A stretch of DNA of 64,000 bases. Origin: an uncultured Bdellovibrionales bacterium (GTDB lineage Bacteria; Patescibacteriota; Minisyncoccia; Moranbacterales; JAKLHP01). The stretch lies in NCBI GenBank assembly GCA_964440305.1, contig CAYTRS010000002.1:4048-68047 (forward strand). The letters are read 5' to 3'. The position numbers and the translations under genes are program-made. Shown here one piece after another: positions 19,464 through 28,480 of this stretch; position 1 is the stretch's first letter; each line of letters starts with the position of its first letter. The notes beneath the pieces were generated by a model, which was not told where the DNA came from, ran no database searches, and worked only from the letters and a program-made list of their open reading frames with translations.

Positions 19464-20447
19464 TTACTTTAAATACTTCTCTATATTTGCCTGGTGTTCT
19501 TTAAAAGTTTTCACGCAATGGATTCGCCGATTATTATCGTGAAGATAGTACAAGCAATCCGTTTCGACGGGGTGCAGAACCGCTTCAATCGCCGCAAGAC
19601 TAGGGTTGTCGATTGGATGAGGAGGCAGTCCTTTATTTTTATATGTGTTATACGAAGAATTAATATTTTTTATATCTTCAGCCTTGATTGGCGCCCACCA
19701 GCCAGTATCGGTTTTTCCTCTGGCATACTGAACAGTTGCGTCTATTTCCAAATTCATTCCATCATTAAGTCTATTCCAAATTATTCCGGCAATGAGGGGC
19801 ATATCATCCTTTCCAGCCGCTTCCCGTTGAATGATTGACGCGAGTTTGAGTCCCGTCGTCCACACAATATTTTGCTCAGCAAACTGGCCGATATAGGGAG
19901 CGAATTTTTCATCAAAATTTCTTGTCATTCGCTCAGCGATTTTAAATCCACCTTCATTAACCGGAATAAGATAGGTATCGGGGAAATATGTTCCTTCAAT
20001 ATAATCTATCCTCATTTTGGTATATTCCGTATTCCATTTATCAATTTCTTCATTGCTCCAACCAAATGTATCTGCCAGTTTTTCGCCAATCTGTTCCTTT
20101 CTCCATCCTTCCGGAATCACCACCCATTTCATATCAGGATTATCAGTCAGTTTCTCTGCCAACTGCCAAGCATCCATATTTTTGGATATATTATAACCGC
20201 CCGGCTGTATCGCATCGTGCTTTCGATTGATGGACAACACGAAATTAAAAGCAGGCTTATTTCTTATGAACCCTTGGCTTTTTAGTTTATCCAAAATTTG
20301 CGCTTCATCCTGTTTTAATCCCACTGTAAAAACTTCGTTTTTTTCCTGTACTTGGGGTGCAGCAAAAAATAAACGCTGCGCCACAAATAAGACCGCAACA
20401 AAAATTATGCCCACTCCCAGAATTATACCGATTTTTTTCTTAGTCAT
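19464..20447 (-). CDS. mltG: Endolytic murein transglycosylase MltG (YceG-like)
   Basis: N-terminal TM anchor plus YceG-like domain pattern (…IPEGWRKEQIGEKLA…, …IIQREAAG…IWNRL…). Confidence 0.75.
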   Translation of the reverse strand: MTKKKIGIILGVGIIFVAVLFVAQRLFFAAPQVQEKNEVFTVGLKQDEAQILDKLKSQGFIRNKPAFNFVLSINRKHDAIQPGGYNISKNMDAWQLAEKLTDNPDMKWVVIPEGWRKEQIGEKLADTFGWSNEEIDKWNTEYTKMRIDYIEGTYFPDTYLIPVNEGGFKIAERMTRNFDEKFAPYIGQFAEQNIVWTTGLKLASIIQREAAGKDDMPLIAGIIWNRLNDGMNLEIDATVQYARGKTDTGWWAPIKAEDIKNINSSYNTYKNKGLPPHPIDNPSLAAIEAVLHPVETDCLYYLHDNNRRIHCVKTFKEHQANIEKYLK

Positions 20448-20966
20448 ATATCAAGTTTCTCATAAATGACCCTTCCAGTCAAAACGAATGCTGCTGTTTC
20501 TGACACTTGCGCGCAGTGGATAACTAAATGCTTGCAAAAAAATTACTGTGATTTTATGGCTTTAATATGCCAAATATCTGATTGAAAATATCCTTCCAAT
20601 AGCTCCATTCTTCTTACTTGACTTTACCTTTCAACTATCCTAACATCCGGACACTTCGGAGAAGTGGTGCCTATCGCCAAGCGGTTCAAAAAATTAACCA
20701 AAACTGCACGGCGTCTTTACAGAAACTTTACCGGCATTATTTTATACTGAAGTCACTAATTCAAGATTTGCGCGTTTGATCCATACGGCTATTTGGATGC
20801 CAGCCTGCAACAGCCCGCGATTCGATTGAGCTCATCGAAATCCGGCAAGCAGGTTTAAAAATCAGAGTCGCTTCAAAACAATGCGACTAAAAAATAAACT
20901 GATATTGGCGTCTGAATATCTCGAATGGAAAAATGCGCAAGTCGCATAATAATTAAAGTATTGCAT

Positions 20967-21728
20967 ATGAAAACACAATACTCAAAAAAGCAAATTCTGA
21001 AATTGGCGGGATTCGGTTCCCTTGCACTGATTTTGGGATTAGGCGTAACCAACGCATTCGCTTCCAATGGGGGCGGACAAAGCGTGCAGGAGAAAATCCA
21101 ATCCCTGTTGAGCAAGTTGCAAGTTGCATCACAGCAGGAACAAAAAAGCGGTCGGCTTGTTGATACTCCCCAAGGCAAAGTCTTTGTGGGAGAGTCAGCA
21201 AAAAAGATGGAAACGATGCACAATGACACACAGGCCGAGATAGATGCCTTGATCGCCCGACCGGAAAACGAAAGACAAAAGGCTATTTCTGAAATCAAAA
21301 AATTCTCGGGTAAATCAGACTTGGCCGTCAATTACAAAAACACAAGCAAGTCATCCTACAATGCCAATGTTTCGGCAGAAGTTTACACAACTGATTTTGA
21401 CCAATATGAGGTGGATGCGAGAAATAATCAGATCATCCAATTCGGTCCGAAACCTCTTGAGATTGGACAAGCGTCTAAGAAATTTGATACTACCGCCCGT
21501 TATTCAAAAGCTGAATTAGAAACGCTGGCTCGCCAATTCATCGCCAAAAACGCGCCTGATGTAAAAGTCGATGATCTCACCGCTAAATTCGGTGACAAAG
21601 ATGGCGTAAATTATTTCTTCCGTTGGGAAGATACATCCCGGGAAATCGAGGATATGCATCCGTTTATCCAGGTCGGATTTTCTCGCGGCGGCGACTTGCT
21701 AAGTTACACAAACTCTCTTGGACTTTAA
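20967..21728 (+). CDS. Secreted protein with signal peptide, possible PepSY-like repeats
   Basis: Start moved to the internal Met (MKTQYSKKQILKLAGFGSLALILGLGVTNAFA signal peptide). YEVDARNNQIIQF-type PepSY-like segments. Confidence 0.45.
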   Translation: MKTQYSKKQILKLAGFGSLALILGLGVTNAFASNGGGQSVQEKIQSLLSKLQVASQQEQKSGRLVDTPQGKVFVGESAKKMETMHNDTQAEIDALIARPENERQKAISEIKKFSGKSDLAVNYKNTSKSSYNANVSAEVYTTDFDQYEVDARNNQIIQFGPKPLEIGQASKKFDTTARYSKAELETLARQFIAKNAPDVKVDDLTAKFGDKDGVNYFFRWEDTSREIEDMHPFIQVGFSRGGDLLSYTNSLGL

Positions 21729-21750
21729 TTATTAATCTCAAAACAAAAAT

Positions 21751-22281
21751 ATGGGAAATTTAAAAACATCCAAGCGAGCAATGCTTTTCTCGATGATCGC
21801 AATGGTCGCGGTGCTCGCCGGAGGCGTCAAATCGGCGCACGCTCTTTCTGGAACCTACAACTACGCCAGCAGCGGTTCATACTATACGGAATATGGCCCT
21901 TCTGGGTACTGGCACACAACAACAAATGCGGGCTATTGCGGACACATCAGCGGGAGCTGCAGTCCGAACAGTATGAGATGGACTTATAACAACGGATGTT
22001 TTCCAAGCAACCAAGCTCAATGGAATAACATCGATTCGGCTCAAAACGGAACAGAAAAAGTTTTTATTCCAGGTAGCAGTGCAACAACTACCCGAGCGCC
22101 ATATACCATGACCTATAACGGAGCCAGTACGCACACCTTTACAATAAACCAAAATGCGTATTATGATACTTGGATTTTGGCCGGAACTTATTACGACATC
22201 CGTAACACCTGGCTTTCCGACGCAACCTGCGAAGGAAGTTCAACACAAGTTGGATTCGATGAAATTCGCATCATGTACTAG
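21751..22281 (+). CDS. Secreted Cys-rich protein (176 aa)
   Basis: Signal peptide; 8 Cys; followed by a strong terminator. Confidence 0.5.
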   Translation: MGNLKTSKRAMLFSMIAMVAVLAGGVKSAHALSGTYNYASSGSYYTEYGPSGYWHTTTNAGYCGHISGSCSPNSMRWTYNNGCFPSNQAQWNNIDSAQNGTEKVFIPGSSATTTRAPYTMTYNGASTHTFTINQNAYYDTWILAGTYYDIRNTWLSDATCEGSSTQVGFDEIRIMY

Positions 22282-22303
22282 AAAATTTACTGACTATCAG
22301 ACA

Positions 22304-22340
22304 AAAACAAAACGGGATTAATCCCGTTTTGTTTTTTATT
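22304..22340. terminator. Bidirectional rho-independent terminator
   Basis: acaaaaacaaaacgggattaatcccgttttgttttttatt: perfect stem AACGGGA/TCCCGTT flanked by an A-run and a T-run; sits between convergent genes ending at 22281 (+) and 22352 (-). Confidence 0.8.
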
Positions 22341-22351
22341 GAAGAATGTTT

Positions 22352-23746
22352 TTATTGATTCACAACTTCCCAAAATCCACCCTTATCCGGTCCGATTCTT
22401 TTTATAATTCCCTTGTCTTTTAAGACTTTGACATTATACTCCACTGTTTTTTTCGAAAGCTTGCCCTCTTTCATCATTTCTTCCTTGGAGATGTTTCTAT
22501 TTTTTTCAATCAGACTAACAATGATTTTCTGATTTTCCCTCAATTTTCCTACTCCCTTTTCTACCCCCCGTTCTACTCCCTTTTCTACCCCCTCTTTATA
22601 TTTCTCCATCCTTTGCTCAATGCTCATTTTCTGCAAGTCCGGTCTTTCAAAAGTGATGCTGAAGCGGACATCGCTGACATCCAGTTTTGGATGAGGTAGA
22701 AAATATTCATCCATCATCTCGCTCATTCTCATCAGTCCTGATCCGATCTTTTCCACCAATTCCATTCTTTGCATCAGTCCGAATAGCAGAGTATTTCTGG
22801 GAAAACTTTTTTTGTATAAATCTTCGACTTTGATGTTGCCAATCAAACTCCCCGGATTATCAATTTCTATCCTGTCAGAAAAAATACTGATCTGGATATT
22901 CCCGATGGAAAAATAATCCCTGTGAGCTATCGCATTCAGAAGCGCTTCCCTCAAGGCTTCCGCGGGCAACTCCAAGACTTCTTTTCTTGGACCGCCGCCC
23001 CTGATAATATATTCCGTATTTAATTTTGACTGCAAATAGTTGAAAGCTTCCTGGTAGTTCGCATACAAATCCGCGTCAAATTCTTTACTGTCGATTACCT
23101 TTGTTTTAGATTTGCCACGAAACAAGGCGCAAGTGATCGTGGCGCTGCTGATAAACCGCGAAGCTTTGTTGCAGAACATCAACACTCCTGCATTTTTCAG
23201 CTTATTATCTCCCAATAATTCTAAGTTTCGCAAAACTTCATCCCGGCTCAGTTTGGTCTCTATGCCTATTTTTTTCAAAAAGTTCCCATAAGCATCGTCA
23301 TTGAAATCCTTTTCCAGGTCGAACTTTTTATTCAATTTTTCATCGAAACGAATCAATCCTTCATCCATAAAAAGATCCCTGATTTCGTCTCTTGAGAGCT
23401 GCTGACTGTTGGCGCCTTGGCGCATATAAAATTTTCCTCCGGTTGAATAGGGTTTCTTTTTGCCTTCCGGCACATCAATAATCACCACACCTTCAAATTC
23501 GCTTATATCAACCGAAAAGATCGGATCGAATTTTCTGATCAAATCCTGAATTTCCGATTTCATCCTGTTGTTCAAAGTGACTGGTTTTATTTTACCGTCA
23601 TCAGTAACGCCGATCAAAACCTTGCCCCCATTGGCATTAGCCATGGCGCAGATTTCGCGAGCCAGATTGGAATTATAGCTTTCCTTAAATTCGAGGTTGA
23701 ATCCCTCGCCTTCCTGGATCAAAAAATCAAGTTCTTTATTGTTCAT
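22352..23746 (-). CDS. Schlafen/AlbA_2-domain protein with HATPase_c_4-like middle and C-terminal wHTH (RecG-C-like putative regulator family)
   Basis: N-terminal LIQEGEGFNLEFKESYNSN...ICAMANANGGKVLIGVTDDGKI matches AlbA_2/Schlafen. C-terminal wHTH (IIVSLIEKNRNISKEEMMKEGKLSKKTVEYNVKVLKDKGIIKR). GVEKGVERGVEKGV repeat. Confidence 0.6.
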   Translation of the reverse strand: MNNKELDFLIQEGEGFNLEFKESYNSNLAREICAMANANGGKVLIGVTDDGKIKPVTLNNRMKSEIQDLIRKFDPIFSVDISEFEGVVIIDVPEGKKKPYSTGGKFYMRQGANSQQLSRDEIRDLFMDEGLIRFDEKLNKKFDLEKDFNDDAYGNFLKKIGIETKLSRDEVLRNLELLGDNKLKNAGVLMFCNKASRFISSATITCALFRGKSKTKVIDSKEFDADLYANYQEAFNYLQSKLNTEYIIRGGGPRKEVLELPAEALREALLNAIAHRDYFSIGNIQISIFSDRIEIDNPGSLIGNIKVEDLYKKSFPRNTLLFGLMQRMELVEKIGSGLMRMSEMMDEYFLPHPKLDVSDVRFSITFERPDLQKMSIEQRMEKYKEGVEKGVERGVEKGVGKLRENQKIIVSLIEKNRNISKEEMMKEGKLSKKTVEYNVKVLKDKGIIKRIGPDKGGFWEVVNQ

Positions 23747-24230
23747 AAAATAAAATCATTTTATCCTTTTACTGAATTATATCAAAAAAATATACTTAAA
23801 GCCAGTCGAGATAATGCCAAAATTCGTCCAGATTTTGGTTCACGGGCGATTTTTATTCCACACTCGGACAAGATACCCTTTTAGTCGCACAAATTGCGAA
23901 ATTATCCCTATTTGTGATTTCATCTATTCTTCGGCTCAAAAGAGGCTTTATAGCGGTTATGAACAAGCATCAAATCATCCACTATTCCCTCTAGGATTTT
24001 ATCGTGTTTTTTATTCCATCCCTTAAGGCAAATGCTTTCTCTTACCAACTCCAATATCGTTGCCATTTGGATATGCAGATCATTATTTTTCATTTGAAAT
24101 TCCAGTTGTTTTTTTCGTTGATTACTCAAGGCTTTTACAGTTACCTGGTTAAAAAAATATACAAAAATGGTCTTCCGAACCGGACGACAATCCCTTTCGG
24201 AACTGCCCGATGACCCTTTCGGATCATCGA

Positions 24231-24277
24231 CTCACGTGAATAAGTGCCGGTCAGAAGACCGTTTTTATTCACGTGAG
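24231..24277. other. Long stem-loop (13-bp perfect stem, 21-nt loop with a nested 5-bp hairpin) in the divergent intergenic region
   Basis: ctcacgtgaataa (24231-24243) pairs with ttattcacgtgag (24265-24277); loop holds cggtc-agaa-gaccg; preceded by a direct repeat ccctttcgga x2 (24192-24223). Confidence 0.4.
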
Positions 24278-24538
24278 ATTTTCTATTGAGCCATGCCCGT
24301 GTACGAAGACATAAGTTTAGGCTATATTGTAAATCTATTCTATCGTTTTAAGTCGTATCGGTCAATTCAATTTTGGGTTTTTTCTTGTTGGACAAAATCA
24401 ATCTCTTTAAATTATCTTCCCCTTCCTAAGTCTCCACAATCCGGAAAACGCAGAGCAGAACGGAAAATTGGACCTTGACAAGCATTGAGAGCCCTGCTAA
24501 TGTAGTTATGTAATCTAATAATAAGCTAATATAATTAT

Positions 24539-24976
24539 ATGGAAAATAAAGATTCTTGTGAAAACCGCATTATTTCTTTGATTTTCACGGCCAGTCGTAA
24601 TCTTCGGCAAGAAAGCCGTGAGAATGAGCTTGACGAAGCCGAGCGTCTTTCTATGACTCAGTTGGAGACTCTGAAATTCATAGACGAACGAAAGAACCCC
24701 TTGATGAAAGATGTGGCGGACTATTTATTCATTGCTCCGCCCTCCATTACCCCACTCATTGATGGACTGGAAACAAGAAAATTAGTAAAAAGAGGCTCAT
24801 CCAAAAATGACCGACGAGCCATTCTTATTTCCCTGACTGATAAAGGCAAGGATATTTTAGAAAAGACTATGAATAAAAAAATGAAAAGGATGGGCGATGT
24901 CTTTAAGAAATTAACCAAAGAAGAACAAAAATCACTTATCAGGATATTAGAAAAACTGTCCGCTCCCAAGCAATAA
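24539..24976 (+). CDS. MarR-family transcriptional regulator
   Basis: wHTH pattern SMTQLETLKFIDERKNPLMKDVADYLFIAPPSITPLIDGLETRKLVKRGSSKNDRRAILISLTDKG. Confidence 0.8.
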   Translation: MENKDSCENRIISLIFTASRNLRQESRENELDEAERLSMTQLETLKFIDERKNPLMKDVADYLFIAPPSITPLIDGLETRKLVKRGSSKNDRRAILISLTDKGKDILEKTMNKKMKRMGDVFKKLTKEEQKSLIRILEKLSAPKQ

Positions 24977-24999
24977 TAATTTAATTAAACATAACTTCT

Positions 25000-26076
25000 A
25001 TGAATAGAATTAAAAACATTATCATACCTGTTTCCATCGTAGTATTGCTGGCTGTTTTGGCTGGAGTATCTTTTGCCAGTTCGCAAAGCAATCAAACATC
25101 CAATAAGACCTCTCCTCAAAGGGGCGATATTACCGACCAGCTTAAATTGTCGGGAAATATTCAACCTGAAAATACCTTGGATTTAGGTTTCGAAAGGGCT
25201 GGTAAAGTATCTAAAATTTATGTAAAGGTTGGAGATAATGTTAAAAAAGGGCAACTTTTGGCCGAACTTAATCCCGAAGAGACAAACATTTCTTACGCTC
25301 AGGCTATTAGTGACCAAAGAGTGGCGGAGGCTCAACTTGCACAGGCAAAGGATGACAAAGATGCTCAAAAAGCCAAGCTGAAAAGTGTGGAAAAATCTTC
25401 CACTGCCAATAAGTATGACGAGAAAGCTCAGAAAGAAGTGGTGAATCAATCTGATTCCAATATTAATGCCAAAGAAGCCTTGCTTCAAAAAGCCAATGAG
25501 GCGGTGCAAAACACCAAGGTGCAAGGTGGTAAGACTAAGCTTTATGCACCGACAAATGGAACTATTACCAAGCAATCGCTGGAAGAAGGGGAGATTATTT
25601 CTTCCTATACATCAGCCATATCTTTAATAGGAGACGGCACACTGGAGATTCAGGCATATGTTTCGGAAATTGAAGTGGCAAAAATTTCTTTAGGCGCAAA
25701 AGCTATGATTAAAATTGATGCCAATCAGAAAGAAAATTTGGACGCTACTGTTTCGGCGATTGACCCCGTGGAAACAAATTCTGCCAATGTTTCTTCGTAT
25801 AAAGTCACTCTGATTCCATCTTTTTCTATTGATAAGCTGAAGTCTGGTATGATGGTGGATATAATTCTGAATTTAGGAGAAAAGAAAAATACTCTTATTA
25901 TCCCGACCCAATCTGTTTTTGAAGAAAATGGAAAATCATTCGTGCTGACAATAGCTAATGGTATTCAAACTAAAAAAGAAATCCAACTGGGGGCAAATGA
26001 CCAAGCCGGCAAAGTGGAGGTTTTGTCAGGGATTGGAGAGCAAGATGAAATAGTTTCATTTAATCAGTCTAAATAA
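25000..26076 (+). CDS. Efflux transporter periplasmic adaptor (HlyD/MFP family)
   Basis: N-terminal TM, biotin-lipoyl-like hairpin (…VKVGDNVKKGQLLAEL…), long coiled coil, beta-barrel C-term. Operon with MarR and MFS. Confidence 0.7.
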   Translation: MNRIKNIIIPVSIVVLLAVLAGVSFASSQSNQTSNKTSPQRGDITDQLKLSGNIQPENTLDLGFERAGKVSKIYVKVGDNVKKGQLLAELNPEETNISYAQAISDQRVAEAQLAQAKDDKDAQKAKLKSVEKSSTANKYDEKAQKEVVNQSDSNINAKEALLQKANEAVQNTKVQGGKTKLYAPTNGTITKQSLEEGEIISSYTSAISLIGDGTLEIQAYVSEIEVAKISLGAKAMIKIDANQKENLDATVSAIDPVETNSANVSSYKVTLIPSFSIDKLKSGMMVDIILNLGEKKNTLIIPTQSVFEENGKSFVLTIANGIQTKKEIQLGANDQAGKVEVLSGIGEQDEIVSFNQSK

Positions 26077-26089
26077 TAGAAATAATCAT

Positions 26090-26761
26090 ATGGAGCAAAT
26101 TAAGTCAGCAGAATTTTCGGAAAAGAAAGAACCGAAAAAAATGTTCAAAAGGAAAATGGATAGAAAAATCGCTATTGGCAGTCTTATCCTTATCGTGGCG
26201 ATAGCTATTGGCGGATACGCTTATTGGAGGACAACTTCCAGTCGGATTTACATTGAAAAAGGAGAAGTTTCAGCTCCGCAAATTGACCTGTCTTCCCAAA
26301 ACGGGGGAATTTTGGAAACGCTTTGGGTCAAAGAAGGAGATACTATTTCCAGAAATCAGCCCGTCGCTCAGGTTGGAGATGAGATTATCAGAAGCCGTGA
26401 AGACGGGTTGGTGGTCAAAGTTCAAAATGAAATTGGCAGAAATTTCAATCGGGGCGAAGCGATAGTTGGGATTATAAAACCTTCTGATTTGCGGGTTTTA
26501 GGGACGATTGAAGAAAATAAAGGGCTAAGCGATATCCAGGTGGGACAAAGAGTTATCTTTACGGCTGACGCATATGGATCCAAAGAATACCAAGGCTTTG
26601 TCGATGAAATCAGTCCTAGTTCAAAAGATAAAGGTTTAGCCTTCAGTATTTCTGACAAAAGAGCTACCAGCGAATTTGTAATAAAAGTTCGTTTCAACAA
26701 TGAGGCATATCCCGAGCTTAAAAATGGGATGTCAGCTAAAATCTGGGTATATAAAAATTAA
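26090..26761 (+). CDS. HlyD-family secretion/adaptor protein (short)
   Basis: N-terminal TM plus lipoyl-like motifs (…VKEGDTISRNQPVAQV…, …GQRVIFTADAYG…). Confidence 0.6.
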   Translation: MEQIKSAEFSEKKEPKKMFKRKMDRKIAIGSLILIVAIAIGGYAYWRTTSSRIYIEKGEVSAPQIDLSSQNGGILETLWVKEGDTISRNQPVAQVGDEIIRSREDGLVVKVQNEIGRNFNRGEAIVGIIKPSDLRVLGTIEENKGLSDIQVGQRVIFTADAYGSKEYQGFVDEISPSSKDKGLAFSISDKRATSEFVIKVRFNNEAYPELKNGMSAKIWVYKN

Positions 26762-26779
26762 GGAGTTTCATATACCTTT

Positions 26780-28285
26780 ATGGAAGAAAAAAATTCAGAA
26801 AAACCCCAAAAACATTCGCCTTGGATGGTTCTCATCACGGTTATGGTCGGGACATTGCTTATCGGACTGGATAGGACAGTAGTCAATCTGGGTTTGCCTA
26901 AGATGATTGCTGATTTTGGAATTTCCGTTTCCTTAGCTGGCTGGATTGCCACCGCCTATATTCTTTCCAACGCGGTTTTCGTGCCTGTTTTTGGAAAACT
27001 TGGTGATATGATAGGAGACCGAAAGATTTATCTTTGGAGCTTTGTCGCCTTTATCGGCACTTCGGTTTTGGCAGGACTTTCCTGGAACATTTCCTCAATG
27101 ATATTTTTTAGGGCTTTGCAGGGGCTGGTAGGAGCCGCCGTTTATCCAACAGCAATGTCTCTGATTGTCAAAAATTTTCCTGACCAAAAAGCGCGCGCGC
27201 AAGCATTGGGAATTTGGTCGGCCTCTTTTGCGGCTTCGGCCGTCTTTGGACCTCTGGTTGGTGGACCGCTGATTGACCTTTATTCTTGGCGGATGTTGTT
27301 TTATATCAATCTTCCTATTGGTATCATCGGTATTTTTATGGTGCTTTTCTATCTTCCGAATGACAAAGGAAAAGAGAAAAAAGGCTTTGATATTTATGGA
27401 GCTATCACGCTTGCCATTGCCCTTTCTAGTCTGGTTCTAGTTTTGGAAAAGGGACGAGAATGGGAATGGACATCGCTTACCAGTATCTTATGTTATGTGC
27501 TGGTTCTAACTTTTGGATTTTGGTTTGTCCAGATTGAGAAAAAACATCCCAGCCCGATGGTGGATTTGAAATTTTTTAAAAATCCAACTTTTGTTTCCGC
27601 TCTGCTGGTTTCTTTTATTTCCTTCGGAGGAATGATGGGCGCAATGTTTTTGCTTCCTATCTTTGTCCAGACCTATTTGGGTTTTGACGCTACTCAAACA
27701 GGATTCCTATTTCTGCCAATGGCTTTGACTATGTTTGTGGCCGCTCCGCTTGGAGCAAAACTTGCTCAGAAAATTCATGTTCGGTATAGTGTTTCATTAG
27801 GAATGCTCCTAGTGGCGTTGGCTATTTATCTTCTCACTGGGCTGGATGCCAGAACTACAGCCTCGGAACTCACACTTCCCTTGATGGTATTGGCTGTCGG
27901 AATGGGCATCGGAATGGCTCCGCTTACCAATGCGGTTGCCAGTTCGGTGCCTGCTCACGAAGTAGGCATTGCCTCAGCTGTCCTTAATCTGACAAGAAAT
28001 ATCGCTGGGGCGGTAGCAATCGCGCTTTTTGGAACACTGCTTAGTAATGTGACCGAGTCAAAAGTTTTGGAAGTTGGAGCTAATACAATAATCAATGATC
28101 CTAAATTTGCTTCACTTTTGCCAGCATTGGTCATACTTAAATCCCAAATTCTAGCTTATCGTGAAGTATTTCTTGTCGCTTCGCTTGTGACGGTAGTCGG
28201 GGCTTTTGTCGCCTTGACGCTCAGGGATTCAAGCAAGATTAAGGATGAAAAAAATGAGTTTGTTCACTTAGAGGGAGGCACTTAA
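26780..28285 (+). CDS. MFS transporter, DHA2 (EmrB-like, 14-TMS) drug efflux
   Basis: 14 predicted TM helices; MFS motif GKLGDMIGDRKIY; EmrB-like topology. Confidence 0.85.
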   Translation: MEEKNSEKPQKHSPWMVLITVMVGTLLIGLDRTVVNLGLPKMIADFGISVSLAGWIATAYILSNAVFVPVFGKLGDMIGDRKIYLWSFVAFIGTSVLAGLSWNISSMIFFRALQGLVGAAVYPTAMSLIVKNFPDQKARAQALGIWSASFAASAVFGPLVGGPLIDLYSWRMLFYINLPIGIIGIFMVLFYLPNDKGKEKKGFDIYGAITLAIALSSLVLVLEKGREWEWTSLTSILCYVLVLTFGFWFVQIEKKHPSPMVDLKFFKNPTFVSALLVSFISFGGMMGAMFLLPIFVQTYLGFDATQTGFLFLPMALTMFVAAPLGAKLAQKIHVRYSVSLGMLLVALAIYLLTGLDARTTASELTLPLMVLAVGMGIGMAPLTNAVASSVPAHEVGIASAVLNLTRNIAGAVAIALFGTLLSNVTESKVLEVGANTIINDPKFASLLPALVILKSQILAYREVFLVASLVTVVGAFVALTLRDSSKIKDEKNEFVHLEGGT

Positions 28286-28334
28286 GAGTAATCTTCTTAA
28301 ATTTACCACGAGTCACCTCCTTTCTAGGGAAATA

Positions 28335-28349
28335 CGGTTGAGACCTCCG
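28335..28349. terminator. Weak hairpin between convergent operons
   Basis: ctccgattttcggag hairpin without a good U-run. Confidence 0.25.
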
Positions 28350-28480
28350 ATTTTCGGAGTTAAGAACCCATATGGTCGTTATAGACTTTAGCATCAGGGC
28401 AACCGCAAAAGTTTGCTATAAAAACAAAGACATTATTTCCGATCGTTTCTTTTTTGAAAAAATATCAACCATCTTCCGAT

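Noticed and set aside
20873-21331. 152-aa minus-strand ORF overlapping the secreted-protein gene; also 20953-21231
   Set aside because: Antisense to a plus-strand gene with clear signal peptide and protein-like composition. No motifs.
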